The position numbers and the translations under genes are program-made. The notes beneath the pieces are model-generated. The model was not told where the DNA came from, did not search any database, and saw only the letters and a program-made list of their open reading frames with translations. Positions 1 through 13,849 of a stretch of 64,000 nt of DNA are shown piece by piece (position 1 is the stretch's first letter; each line of letters starts with the position of its first letter). This DNA comes from Azolla caroliniana. Its lineage: Eukaryota; Plantae; Polypodiophyta. The stretch is taken from the NCBI GenBank assembly GCA_043228905.1, contig JBHGNT010000007.1, positions 5,518,001 through 5,582,000 on the forward strand, read 5' to 3'.

Positions 1-1039
1 TTACCATTCTATCACGGTCTCATAGATGTAAGTGCTAGAGACATTGTCCTCGATTAAGATATGCCCAAGATCTATAATAGACTGGTTTATTCTTCTTGTC
101 AAGGCAATGAACTTGAGAAATCCCCATCGAATCTTGAACCAGCATGAGGATTGAATTTGTGTCAACGGGACCACCTGATTTGGCATTGTTAGTAATGTAT
201 ATAATATGTGGTAGAATGAATAAGTATGTATCTATTTGCAGTTGGAATACCATGATATAAACCCTCACTTGTTGGCGTCATATCAACATCTGTCATTTCT
301 GTTGGTTCATCTAGTCTAGTTCATCTAGCATGCATCTTGTATTGTCTCTAGATGTGCAACCTCCATGTTGTTTTGGGCCTCCATCTTTTCTTGAATGGTT
401 AGTTCTAATATTCCATCTTACAAAACATATGCTATCATGAGCGAAGATAGAACGGATTAATTACAACTATAGTCGCAAATACATTTTTGAAAAAATAATT
501 TGAATAATACCTCTCTTCATTGGGTCTTCTTTCACCCCAATCTGAATCCATGTCAAGGAACTATAATGCCCTATTAGCCATCTATGTAAGTAAGATAGTG
601 TCTTAAAAAGACAAACATGCATGCACTAGACAAATAAGAAAAAGAAGAAAGTACATACCATGTGGAGGTTCAAGTGCATGTGTAGGTGTAGGTGCTCAAG
701 CATAGGTCGTGTTGTTTCCTCAACCCTAAATGCAAACATATGTGAAAGCCACAATAATGTAAATGCATGCAAAATCTCTCAAAATGATTGAAAACCATAA
801 ACCCTAACCATGATGCATCAATCATATGATACCGACAAACATCCTTGCACTAGACAGATAAGAAAACAAAAAAAAGTACATACAAGGTTTAGGTTAAGGT
901 ACAAATGTAGGTGGTCGATCATAGGTGGTGGATGACAAGTGCAATTTGTTTTCTTGTTTTCTTGTCCCTCTGCCTTTTCTTTACAAACTCTCCTCATACA
1001 AAGCCCCAACGGTTTGGCACATCGAGTAGGAATTGTAAG

Positions 1040-1335
1040 ACATTAGGTTGGAAGTCATGGCCGGGTTATTAAATTCTATTAGTGGATTAGAATAACTAGT
1101 CAAGTTAGTCTAGACATAGGTTGGGCTAAGAATGTCATGGCAGGATTGGCCTGTGTTAGCCAATCCAATGACCAAGCTAGTAATCTAGAGGCTTCATATG
1201 CCTGGGTTAGAAAATCATTTGGACAGGTTAGAAAAAACATGGGTCAGGTTTTGACAATGGTCGAGTTATAAACAATGGTCTAGGTTAGAAATTATGATGG
1301 CCGAGTTGGAAATTCCTACTGCTCAAGTTAGACAT
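1040..1335. repeat. Degenerate ~21-22 bp tandem array (consensus like ggtcaggttagaaa), possibly a transposon subterminal repeat
   Basis: Recurring ggttag/ggttgg/ggattag cores at about 21-22 bp spacing, followed by (CA)n(CT)n. Confidence 0.4.
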
Positions 1336-1697
1336 GACAGATGCACACACACACACACACACTCTCTCTCTCTCTCTCTAGCTCTTGGTAAAAACACACA
1401 ATTATATATTAATTGAATGTAAAATCCACTTGCTACAACACTTCTTAGTTTCCTCTACCTATCTATCGTATATAGGCAGAGGGACGTCCTATAATGTCAC
1501 TAGAAAACCTAAATATGCATTTAAGGAAATGATTCATCAAACAATGGTACATCTTGTAATTTCACCCAAATAAATCCATAATTTGGGGGAACTACGTAAC
1601 CATCGTTTTGGCATCTTCAAATTCCGACAACCTTTGAGATTCATTATCAACCACATCTCCCAAATGTTGCACATCTTTATTTCTTGTTTTTTTTATC

Positions 1698-2110
1698 GTA
1701 ATTAGCTTACCCTAATGGTAACTTGTTACACTACAAGCCTCATGACTTGGGTTGGTAGGTTGTTACACTACAAGCTCTGTGTCTTGGGTTAAAAACTCAA
1801 ATTTCTCACCTTTCTATTAGTTTATATATAGCTCTTAATTCATCAAGATTGAAGCGAATGTATCTTACCCTAATGGTAAGTTGTTGCACTACAAGCGTTG
1901 TATCTTAGGTTTGAAACCCAATTTTTTTACCTCTTTATTACTATATCTCTTAATTCACTACATGCCACAGTGGAGTATAGGAGTTGAACCAAATGTAGGA
2001 AATCTTCTTCTTTTCTTGTAATTAGCTTACCCTAATGGTAAGTTAGTTGTCTTCCAAATTTCTCACCTCTCTATTACTTTATATATATATATATATATAT
2101 CTTAAATTTA
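1698..2110 (+). repeat. Three degenerate tandem copies of a tRNA-like (SINE-like) unit
   Basis: cttaccctaatggtaa recurs near 1706, 1864 and 2026. Copies 1-2 continue with ctacaagc...cttrggtt..aaacyc (B-box-like), and all end in tctcacct..tatta...cttaa. Confidence 0.45.
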
Positions 2111-2175
2111 ACTTACTAGATGCCACAATGAAATGTAGGGGTTGAACCCATGACCTCCTACTCTCTCCTTTGCCC

Positions 2176-2690
2176 TAGGGGTTAGCAATGAGCACGGTTC
2201 AGTTTCAGTTCGGTCCGGTTTCAAGGCACTGAAACTGAACCGTTTATATAAAACAAAAACCAAACTAAAGCGTTTATGAACTCTCAAGTATTTAAACCAA
2301 ACCATTTAGGGAAAAGTTGAAACCAAACCGAACCATTTATTAAAAAAAATAAAATTTAACCATTTATGCCAAACTAATTAAATATTTAAATAAACAAAAA
2401 TACATTAAATTAAATTAGCATTTAAGTTAAATTTATTAAGTGAATAAAAGAAACTTTAAATTAAATAAATATTTAAGTTAAATTAATTAAATCAATAAAA
2501 AACCATTAAATTAATAAACTATTAAGGTTATAAAAAAAAACAGTTAACAAAAACCTATAAACCCGAGTTTTAGAACCGAACCGAACCGTTTATCAAAAAT
2601 CCAAACCAAACCAAACCATTAATTTTTTTTTGGAACCAATAAACCGTTAAAGCATGGCTTAACGGTTCGGTTCGGTTCGGTTTGACCTCC
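2176..2690. mobile_element. Non-autonomous DNA transposon remnant (hAT-type MITE) rich in aaaccgaacc/ggttcgg motifs
   Basis: Starts taggggttagcaatgagcacggttc, has an AT-rich core and clustered aaaccaaaccgaacc motifs. The same end motif occurs inverted at about 44380-44430. Confidence 0.45.
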
Positions 2691-2804
2691 TTCTTTCTCC
2701 ATTTTGGGCAGAGTGAGCTACGCCTATTTAGCACATAAGGCACCATATCTATACATATATACATTATACATCAGTACATACATGAATAGGCAACAGGTAA
2801 ATCT

Positions 2805-4940
2805 ATGGAAAGCTGTGGAAAGCAAGCTATGGCAGCAGCAACACCTGCACCACTATCAGTAGCGGCAGAAGACGAATCAGGTATTTCATCTCATGTTTCC
2901 TTTTCTTTCGCCTCTCTCTCTCTCTCTCTCTCTCTCTGTGTTTCTCTTTTGTTTGTTTGGGTTTTTTGTGGTGTTGTTTTTTTTAACCCCTTCCCTCCAT
3001 TGTTTCTTCTTGGGGAAGGAAGTAATCAGAAAAGAAAAGGTAGTGGGCTCAGAGAGAGCTCAGCTATCAAGTGAAAGAAAGATAAAGATTATGGAAATGA
3101 AGTTCCCATAGAAAGACGAAGAAGACGGAAAGGAAAAGACGATAAATTGAGTCCCATGGAGAGAAGAGAAGGACAAGGGAAGAGAATGATTGTAGGGGGT
3201 CTCTACGAAAGAGAAAGGAAGGAAGTTTAGGTTAGGAAATGGAGAACGATTTGTTACAGTGAAGATAAGTCAGGAATACATTTTCTGATAGAATCCATTT
3301 CCCTATTTTTCCTTTTTTTTCTTTTTCCTTTTATTATAATTAAGCGTTTTTTTTGGGGGGGGGGGATTTTCCTTCTTCTTTCTCTTTGAGAGGATCCGTT
3401 TCTAGATATCGTTCAATATGGTCAGTTTCATCTGTCTTCTTTCGCCTTAACAGTTTCCATATTCTCATCTTTCTCTCTTTCCCCTGGCTTGAAAATGTTA
3501 TGCATTCTTTCTGACCTTTTGCATTCTTTCTAAACCTTTTGCTTTGATCAAATTCCATTTTTTTCCTCTTGTCTTTTCTTTCTTCTTCCGTGCATTATTA
3601 AAAAATCCATTTTCTTGGCGTCCGTTCTCTTTGATTAGATCCACTGTTCTTATCTTTTTGTTTCTTCATTTGATTCTGATAGGATGTAGTGATGAAGAGC
3701 TCAATCAGACACCGCCAGAGTTCTATGATCCCAACATGGATGAGCGTGACCATGCCTGGGTCGAGCGTAAGCGCAAAGGGAGGAAATCTGATGCCTTGTT
3801 AAGCTGCCCTGCTTGCTTTACCACATTATGTCTTGATTGTCAACGGTAAACTTGTATACAATCAATATCTCACAATATTTCTGAATGCACATTATAAAAT
3901 ATTGAGTCCTTTAAGGCTTAGGGCTTTTTGTGCTCCCATGCGAATTCTTGGAGCAATTCAATGAATGCATTTTTCTTGTGATCTTCTCAACCATTTAAAA
4001 CTCTCAAGCCCAACAACATACATTAATCGATGCCTTGCATGAAAAACCTCTTCAGAATTGCAGTATGTGTAGATGCGAAGTTTACCATCTCTTACCATGT
4101 CAGCAATTACAAAGACTGACCATTTTGGTAGTGATCTCTTTCGAAATACCAATTATCTGGAGTAACTTGATACAAATTTTAATCCTCATATCCATTAAAA
4201 AAAGGCCAACTGATCATTTGAATTGGATCTCATTTTATATGTACACATTTCATTCAGGCCATGCAACGTAACCTTGCCTGATTTCAAGAGTTCCAAGAGA
4301 TCCAGTAAAAAGGATTTAAAACATAACACCACCTGAAACGTGGTTACAGATTTCCCTCAGGATGCGTATGTCTAGGATATCTTTTGAAAGTAATATATGT
4401 CTATCTTACATACAGCTCTTCCATAAATTTTTCTGTTTGCAAGATATTTACAGTTTAGGTTTAACATTGATGTCTTTTCTATGTAATTATATGTGATGGA
4501 AGAATAGGTTTTATTCTGTAGGTCTCATCTCAGTGGTATTATCTACATGAGGGTATGATTTGATGCACCATTACTTTCATTTCTACAGAACTATGCATTG
4601 TTCAATGTATTCTTTTAATTTGATGAAAAAGTATATGTAGTGTTTGATGAGAATATATCTGATTGATCGGGTTAATTTATGTGACATTAGGCATGAGAGC
4701 ATAGTGACACAGTACAGGGCGATGTTTGTGCTGAACTGCAAGATCTCGGAAGTTGAGCAAAGAACACAAAATCCTACGAGAAGAAAGCGTGGAAATTCTG
4801 CCGTAGCTAATTCCAATCAGCCAACAGGGAATTGTGACAATCTCCGACAAGTTTCATGTGCAGTTTGTGGCACAGAAGTTGCTGTCATCGATCCTGATGA
4901 AGTATATCACTTTCATAATGTTCTGCCAAGCTTTATATAG
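2805..4940 (+). CDS. EAPP: E2F-associated phosphoprotein (EAPP) homolog, 3 exons, 162 aa
   Basis: Exons 2805-2880, 3683-3845 and 4691-4940 have GT-AG introns with compatible phases (489 nt total). Protein contains FYDPNMDERDHAWV..SDALLSCPACFTTLCLDCQRHE..TQYRAMFVLNC..VSCAVCGTEVAVIDPDEVYHFHNVLPS, the Eapp_C signature. Confidence 0.92.
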
Positions 4941-6437
4941 ATAACCTCGCCAATCAACGTGTTCATTATCTAATGTAACATCTCTATACAATACTTCACC
5001 AAATGACAAAAGCAAATACACATGATCTAATATCTCTTAACCCAGTTAAGGGTTTAAGGTTTGTGAGTACACTTCTGAAAAACAAGTCATGCAAAATTCT
5101 ACTAATTCTAATCACTTACAGAGAGAATGTGTATGTGTATATATACATGTGCATTTGTGTGTGTGCGCGCGCGTACATATTACGTATACCTCTATATGTA
5201 TGAGATATTCCCTTAGGAGAGGATGTATGTATTACAATCTCCTCAGTAAAGTTTGATTCATACATTCACATTTATGCAGTTCTTTTACATGCAAATTTTT
5301 TCTTGAAGTAAATCATGGTTTATGAGTTGTGATATATCATGCTTGTACAGAATAGATAGTAAATCTTTTATGTGCTGCGGCAGGCGCTGCTATAATAGAT
5401 AATTGCTTGTATTATGATATAGATAAAATTTCCAAGGTAGTACGCAATGGATTCTCCTTTCGAGGAATTTTGTTAGTGTAACAGAGTAAGCTGCAGGTAT
5501 AGTATACAATGAATGCCTCATGCATACTGCCCTGTGTATGTGAAAATGTGTAAAACCTCAATGGAAGAAGTAGAGATTCACACTTTATATTTGAATGAAG
5601 GCGACCTTATTTTCCTAAGAACTCTTGCGCTTAAGAAATCAAGGTGTAAGTGGAATCTCCATAGAAAGCGCAAGTAGTAATCAAGGAATGCAAAGTGGAA
5701 TCTTTGTAGACAGTGTCAAGCCCCACCCCACCCCACCTCTCAATAACTATAAATAGTGTTAAGAAGCTCGCCTTGTGCCAAACTATAAATAGTTGTGTAT
5801 GTGTGGCTAGTGTTTTGCTTTTATTACTATATCTTGCTCACCTTTTTATAGTAGCCTTACTCAATTGTTAATTATATTTTCTTAAGATTTCAAAGTATCA
5901 TTTGTTTAGATTGAATGAGTTTGAGGATCCCAAATTCATATCTGTCCTTTCACAGTAAATACATTCAAATGCATTTCTAGGCAAGGATTCGCGACCTTGA
6001 ATTCCTTTTGATGTTCTTTATTAGGCTTGCATTGCAAAGACACCTAATCTAATTTTATAATGCTTCGAAGATCCAATATTCCACTACCTTCAACAAAATG
6101 GTGTGTGATCTTTGCCAAATAAATATTGACCTCATAATAAGATAATTATTGTTTTGATCTCTTCATTTATGTTTTTTGGAGGTCATATTGTAATTTGACT
6201 CGACAGTTCTATACTCTCAATACTTTGATTAGTAAATTGTCTAGACTTTTTAATGTATAGGGTACCCATCAACATTTAATAGTAGTTATCTAGACTCCTC
6301 AACATGTGGTGTACTTATCAAAGTACCATGGTCTAGTATTCGTAAAACTCTATATTTTATTTATAGATCTAAATAGTGTGGTGGTTGTTAAATACAAACA
6401 TGATGATGCAAGCAAAATGGGGAAATTTGGAAAATAT

Positions 6438-6530
6438 AATGCATGAGTCTCTTGTAGACACAAAAGTAAGTGCCAAGATACCAATGCATGGGTCTCTTGT
6501 AGACACAAAAGTAAGTGCCAAGATACCAAT
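6438..6530. repeat. 45-bp tandem duplication
   Basis: aatgcatg(a/g)gtctcttgtagacacaaaagtaagtgccaagatacc occurs twice with one mismatch. Confidence 0.9.
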
Positions 6531-8812
6531 TAGATTGATGTACTAAATATCGTACATTTTATTCTTGGTGTTGAAGCTAGAAACAACATAGGAATCATAT
6601 TTCGCAATCATATGTAAATGATTGAAACTACATCCGTTTTTTCGTGTTACATATCCTTGGATGAAAAAAATACTCTAAAGTCTTGATAGCTTCACATTTC
6701 TCTTTTTCTGCACTTCCAATTGTCTTTGAACTCTTGACTGTGGTATCGTGGCCCCCAAAATGAAAGGGCAGAAATAGATAGATGCTTTAACACGTCCATA
6801 ACATGCATTTAATTGGTTACATCAATAAAATTGAACCGGTGATGATAACCTGAATTTCCGCAAAATTATATAATATTATTGTTATGGCCATAACCTTACA
6901 CACCAAATGTACACACATTTATACCTTATGGATCAATATTAACAAACATAAGGCTCCTACCATGATTGATTTTTTGCTATCATTAGATGGCGTAGGGGTT
7001 GACGATAAAACTTTGAAAAAATTCTATATAAGTGACGCCAATAAGAAAAGAGATTTGATAATAGATATGGCATTGAAATGATCAAACACAAGTTATGGCC
7101 AATGGAGAGGAGGAAATGATGAAGCAATATTTGGCCACATTTCATGATGCCAATTAACCAAGCATTAAAGGACATTTCATCTCAGAACAATGAGTTGGTG
7201 GCAAATGTTGAGTTTGAGAATATCATAGATGTTTAGGTGCCTTGATAGGATATTCTCATGGCCTTCTCGATTTTCTTTGATATAATAATTATTTGTTTTT
7301 TTTCCAAGAAAAATACCATTGGTGGACTTGGTTTGCCAAGGACTTATAATGGGCCAAAATAGTTTTGATGATGAATACAATTGGCCAAAGAGATTTTTTT
7401 TATGTTATTTTCAAAAAAAATATAACAAACCATTTTGTCTTGTCTTTTTCAATAACAACTTGCTTCATATGATCCACTAAGTTCCATGATATTTTCAAGT
7501 AAGAGTGCTTTCTTTGGATTTAGGTGAATAGAACACGAAATGCAGCAAACAAACAATGATGATGGTCCCGAATGCTAAAGTACACAATCTATACAAGTTA
7601 TGCATGTGAATGTCAATTGCATTGGATATATTTTCAAGGTCATCAATTTGAATGTGGTAATTTAGGCCACTTTATGTAGAATACCGATAGGTGTTGGTAG
7701 GGCAGAGTTCTAATACTCTTCCTAATGATATAATTTGTTATGAGTGTAACCTCATGGTATAATGAACTATAATCCTTTAACCTTAATATTAGTGGGTGTG
7801 GGCTAGTTCAGAAGAAATGAAGGGGAAGGACAACGTCTAAGTATTTCACCATTTGACCACTTCTAGTAAGTAGTCAAGTGTGAATAAACAATGGCTTAGG
7901 GTTTGGGCATATAAAAGAACACTAGCTACCTTCATGAAGGTGACAAGAGTTGCTACATGGAGACTCTATTAGTGTGGCAAAGCTCTAGATACATATCTGT
8001 GTTCTTCCTTCAAATCCAAGTTATAATCCATGTTCATACTCGGTGGAATGGGGCATCGATCTATCTCTCGCATTCACCAAGGGTTGGGGTAGACTAGCAT
8101 ACTTTCTTCCTTATTTCTTCCTTATTTTATTTGCTTAAGATTAATTGAGATTCTTATACCATTAATAGTGTTGGGAAATGTCCCTCTGGTGGGAGGAACC
8201 GACTATTTGGGCAAGAAGTGCCGACAGTCGAAGACAAGGAGGAGCAAACTATTCGGACCGAGTGTCGATGGTTGAAGAGTCAACTGAGTGAGCCAACAGG
8301 AAGGAGATCCAACTCGAAGACACAACCGACTAATCGGACCGACCGGATGGTCGATGACCAGGCTAACTAGTCGGACCGACCAGACAATCGACACTAGAGA
8401 CGGTTGATGGCTACTTATTATTATAGATAATAATAGTAGTGATGTGTAGTAGGGGCTACATTTGTAAATAGCCCATATGATGTATGGGTATAAATACATC
8501 TAGGGCAAACGAGTAGTGTGTTGTGAGCTGAGAACTGAGTGTGTGTGAGCGTGAGAGAGAGCGGCGGCAAAGTTCAGCGAACTTGCTAAGAACCCTAAGT
8601 GGGTTATCCTCTGTGTGTGTCAGAGAAGATTGTAACCGTTTTTCTGTACTCTCTTGTGTATCGTGGAATCTCTGTTCCCGTGGTTTTCCCCGTTTAGGGG
8701 TTCCACGTAAAACTGTGTATTCATGTATTTGTTGTGTTTCTGTCTTTCCGCGATATTGTATATTCCATAATCGGTTTGTCTCACGAATAGAAGGGAGCTA
8801 ATCCCATCAAAC

Positions 8813-8824
8813 TGGTATCAGTGC
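8813..8824 (+). other. Primer-binding site (tRNA-iMet type)
   Basis: TGGTATCAGTGC immediately after the LTR end (consensus TGGTATCAGAGC). Confidence 0.85.
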
Positions 8825-10790
8825 TTGAGGTGCAAGCATGGAAGGAGGTATGAGCGGCTTCCCAGGTATGATAGTTCTAAACTCACAGAACTATGCAGAC
8901 TAGACGATAAAGATGGAGGATCTTCTCATAGTCAAAGCCCAATACGAGCCGATCGACCGAGCAGAAATACCCACGGGGGTATTAGAGTCGGAATGGAAAC
9001 TTCTTAATAGAAAGGCGGTGGCCACCATTCGACAGTGCATCGATGTAAGTATCCTTCAACATGTGGCGAACGACACAAATGCCCACGAGATGTGGCAAAA
9101 GCTATCCAATCTATACAAGAGGAAGAACACTCTAAATAAATAAAACTTCACTAATGAGAAAGATCGTACAGCTGAAATATAGAGACGGTGAGAGCATTGT
9201 CGAACACATCAACACATGCATGGGGTATGTAAATCAACTTGTTGCAACCAAGTTTCCCCTTGATGATGCGATGCAGACCATCCTACTTATGTGCACACTA
9301 TCGGATAGTTGGGAGAACGTGGTGGTTACTCTCAGCACCTCCTGTCAAGAAGAGAACTTGTCTTTGCAAGTGGTGAAGACAAGCATCCTAAATGAGGAAG
9401 CGAGAAGGAAGGACAAGAGTTTCCTGTCTCATTCAGATACAAATGTGTCACAACATTCGGACAGAGGAAGGAACCGGCAAAGGAGTCCACCAAGGAGAGA
9501 AAAGTCACATGCCAAATCTAAGACTAGAGGTAAGCTAACATGCTTTTATTGTGGAACGCCTGGACATTTCCAGAAGGACTGTTGACATCTTAAGAAGGAC
9601 GAGAGTGCCGGTAATAATGTCGAACCCAGGAAGATTCCTGATGAAAAGAGCACTTTGGCCATTGCTACGAGCAATGAAGAACTCATGTTCATTTGTGAAC
9701 ATGCAAGTGCAAATCTTGCAAGTGAAGAATGCACTTGGGTGATCGACTCTGATGCATCTTTCCATATAACTCCGTCGAGAGAGTATTTCTCGATTTACAT
9801 AGTTGGTGATCATGTGTATGTAAAGATGGGTGATAATGGAGAGTGCAAAGTAGCTGGAGTCGGAAGTGTCTGGTTGACGATGTCAACGGGGTGTCGGTTG
9901 ACTCGGAAAAATGTTCGACATGTCCCCGATATTAGATTGAATCTAATATCGACTAGAAAGATGGACGACGAAGGCTACAATGGTAGCTCCCGAAACAACA
10001 AGTGGAAGCTCTGTTGTGGAAACCTCATAATGGCCAGAGCACATAAAGAAGGCACACTATACATGATGCATGCCCGACTGTGCAAGTTGGAAGCGAATGT
10101 GGCAGCCGACTCGAGTGGAGAGTTATGGCATAAGAGGCTAGGCCACATGAGTGAGAAGGGTTTGCATCTACTAGCCGACCAGAAACTTCTACCAGAAGTA
10201 AAGGAAGTGCACCTGGAGAAGTGCGTCGACTACTTAGTTCGAAAGCAGAACATAGCAACATTCCACTCAAGAACACCAAGAAGAAGAGAAGTTCCATTGG
10301 AACTAGTACACACGGATGTGTGTTATGTGAATGGTCTGCCGCATCGAGGCGGACAGTACTTTGTGGCTTTCATCGATGACTACAGTCAAAAGTTGTGGGC
10401 TTTTGTACTAAAGTCTAAGTATCAAGATTAGTACTGTCCTTTTTCAAGGCGTTCCAAGCAAGAACCGAACAGGAGTCATGTCGGAAGCTGAAGGCTATTC
10501 GAGCCGACAATGGTGGCGAATATAAAGGGCAATTTGAGGAATACTGCAAGGCCCAGGGTATTCAAATCGAATATATTGTACCAAAGACCCCTGTGTTGAA
10601 TGGGCTTGTAGAGAGGATGAAATGAACAATCATGGAGAGAGTAAGGATCATGCTCTCTCCTGCTAAACTGTTGAAATCGTATTGGGTTGAGGCGATGTAC
10701 GCAACAGTTTACCTGATCAATAGGTCCCCCTCAGTACCACTAAAAGGTGATGTCCCACAAAGGGTGTGGACAAGAAAGGATGTCTCCTAT

Positions 10791-10896
10791 TGTTAAAGTT
10801 AGCGTGCGGAAGCATATGCCAAACCGGCTCTGCCAGATAGTAACAGTAAAGAGAAGAAGGTTTAATGGAAGCTTAACACAGAGAATAAGCATACAC

Positions 10897-10938
<42 letters not shown>

Positions 10939-11273
10939 ATAAAACTCTATTTAAAAATAACACTCTATCACTCTATACATAGAATGTGCTCAGAGAGAAC
11001 TTTTATACAAGTCCATAAAGGACTATCAGAAGTACTGACAGGTACTTCAATGCTGACACGAGCGACTGTCATTGACTCCCAAAAATATGCCTACGTACTA
11101 GGCTGGATCCGTAGGCCTCTAACGGCCTACTAGTTTCAATCCAATCCGGGTCTCCGATCCGGCGCATGGTTCCGAATATCATCCGGACACCGATTCGGTT
11201 CTCCGTTCCTGATACCGATCCGGCTCTGGCTTATTCAGCTGATCTGAATCCGGTTGAGCTTGCTCACTCAACA
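10791..11273 (-). mobile_element. Solo LTR (483 bp) nested in the copia integrase
   Basis: TGTT..AACA ends with TSD CCTAT/CCTAC. Removing it restores integrase ...KDVSY|RHLRVFG. Homologous to 43470-43880, whose PPT gives the minus orientation. Confidence 0.88.
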
Positions 11274-13513
11274 CCTACCGACACCTAAGGGTATTCGGAT
11301 GGAAGGAGATATCCTCTTAGAGAGAGAAGAGCACTGACAACATATGTCAATCAATACATCCTCTTGACTGATGACGGTGAACCTGAGTGCTATGATGAAG
11401 CCATTGCCGACAAGCACAGAGAAAGATGGTTGAGTGCAATGCAAGACGAGATGGACTCCTTGCATGAATACTACACCTACGACCTAGTAGAATTACTGAA
11501 AGGTAAGAGAGCACTCAGGAACAAATGGGTCTATAAGGTGAAGACTAGTAGAGAAGTCGATAACGCACCTAGGTATAAAACCTGCATAGTGGTGACGGGG
11601 TTCCAACAGAAAAAGGGTGTCGACTTCGATGAGATATTTGCACGTCATGAAGATGACATCCATCCAAACTGTTCTGAGCATAGCTGCCAGCACGGACCTA
11701 GAGATCGAACAGTTGGATGTCAAGACGACATTCTTGCACGGGGACCTAGATGAAGAGATCTACATGCAGTAGCTCGGAGGCTTTGAAGAGAAAGGGAAAG
11801 AGAACCTAGTATGTTGACTGAAGAAAATCTTGTATGGTCTGAAGCAAGCTCCACGCCAATGGTGCAAGAAGTTTGAATCCTTCATGACGGAACATCGGTT
11901 CCAGAAAACACAGGTTGATCATTGTGTGTTCGTCAAAAGGTACGAAAAAGGTGATTTCTTGATTCTCTTATTGTTACATATAGATGACATGTTGATTGTC
12001 GGTAAAGACACAAGGAAGATCGGGAGCTTGGAGAAAGCCCTAGGCAAATCGTTTGTCATGAAAGATCTTGGACCGGCTAAACAGATCTTAGGGATGCATG
12101 TAGTTCGAGATAGAACTAAGAAAGTGTTGTGGTTATCACAACAAAAGTATGTGACAAAGATCCTAGTCTAGAGGTTCAACATGTCAGAAGCAAAGCCGAT
12201 CAGCTCTATGTTGCTGACCAACTGCAAGTTAAATGCTAAGCAAGCCCGGGAGGGGAGAAAGAAAAGGCTGAGATGAAGAAAGTACCATATGCCTCAGTCG
12301 TCAGTAGTTTAATGTACGCTATGGTCTACACGAGACCAGACATAGCATTCGATGTGGGAACAATAAACCGATATGTGAGTAATCCAGGACGAGAACACTG
12401 GGCAACAGTGAAGTGGATACTCAGGTACTTAAAGGCACCTCAGGGGTATGCCTAAGGTATGGCATCGAAAAACCCATGCTCGAAGAGTTTACCGATACTC
12501 GAGCCAATCCACGTTAAGGTACGTGATGACCTATGTAGGGGGAGCAATGTCGTGGCAATCACGACTGCAGAGGTCTGTGGCCTTGTCGACCACATAGGCA
12601 GAATATATGGCAGATGTAGAGGCCGGCAAGGAGCTGATTTGGATGAAGAGTTTCCTCAGTGAACTCGGGATGAAGCCAGAAGAATTCTAGCTCCATTGTG
12701 ATAATCAAAGTGTCATACATCTTGCAAAGAACGTTGCATACCACTCTTAGGCCAAGCATATACAAAGGAGGTATCACTGGTTGTAGATGAAGGAGATTTT
12801 TCCCTCATGAAGATCCATACATACAACAATGGATCCGACATGCTCACGAAGAACCTACCAATGGACAAACTCAGATTTTGTCGACAGAAGACAAGACTAA
12901 CCGACTCCCACCCACTTGAGTGAAGGGGTTTGTTGGGAATATGTTCCTCCAGTGGAAGGAGCCGACTGTTGAAATGATAACGTCACTAGCTTGGCAACTA
13001 AGTGATTCATGAGTCATTAGGGCCTCAAATGGCAAACAAACAACTAGCCATTGAAAATTCCTTTCTAGACTTTCTTTGGGTATCCTATACATCCTTGCAC
13101 AAGAAGACGCAAATAAACAAGACATATGTTATAAGTTACAAAGGGAGTACATGGAATGTAAGTGGAGCTTGTTCTCCCTCGACGATGTGATGTACATGGA
13201 GGTACATTAGTGTATCTCAATATAACTATAAGGATCAACCTAAAAGTCTTTGTTCAACATTAGGGATATGTATTATGTATATTATTTTTGTGCCCCTTAT
13301 TCTTAAGGATGGGTATGAACATGTGGTTTTTCAAAGTGATGTACATGGTCAAGTCATAATGGTCAAGGCTAAAGTTATGGTTCATTGGCTTTTATGTTGA
13401 AAATTGTTGTTCAATGTACTAAACTTAATTTAGTGATGATTATATGAAACCCATAATTTTTATAATAATTTTGTCAAGTGATTTTACTATAATGTTTGTA
13501 AGGCACAATCTAT

Positions 13514-13724
13514 TATGAGTCAGCAATGGCTCAGCTCAAGCCTAAACCAAGCCGTTAAACTATTTTTAAACAGATTGGTAGTTTGGTGGTTCGATTCAAC
13601 TCGGTTCAAGCTTGAGCTTCATTAACCATCTTGGGCCCAATTTGGGCCAAACCAATTATTGAACTGGTTTTGGAACCGGTTTGGTTGAAGTTTGAAGTCA
13701 AAACCAAACCGTTGCCGATTCCTA
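13514..13724. mobile_element. hAT-type MITE, 211 bp
   Basis: Imperfect TIRs tatgagtcagcaatgg / ccgttgccgattccta. Flanks CAATCTAT / CAATCTTG match at 6 of 8, consistent with an 8-bp TSD. Confidence 0.6.
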
Positions 13725-13849
13725 CAATCTTGCTCAAAATCCATAACTCTAAACACTTAATCCATACTATAAAAAGAGAGGTTGGAGACTTGTTTACAAT
13801 ATCAATTGTTGGTTGTTCAACAAGGCCATGTAAAATGTAGTAGGTAGGA

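Larger units (their letters stand above)
8169..12967 (+). mobile_element. Degenerate Ty1/copia (Tnt1-like) LTR retrotransposon with truncated 3' LTR
   Basis: 5' LTR 8169-8809 (TGTTGGG..CATCA) and PBS tggtatcagtgc at 8813. Fragmented gag with CFYCGTPGHFQKDC zinc knuckle, protease WVIDSDAS, GAG-pre-integrase LWHKRLGH, integrase, RT (LYGLKQAPRQW, HIDDMLIVG) and RNase H. PPT gagtgaagggg is followed by only ~37 bp of 3' LTR from 12931. Many stops and frameshifts, plus an internal deletion after about 11305. Confidence 0.92.

Noticed and set aside
12967-13200. Possible new LTR starting TGTTGAAATG where the copia 3' LTR breaks off
   Set aside because: No matching end, TSD, PBS or continuation of the interrupted LTR could be found.
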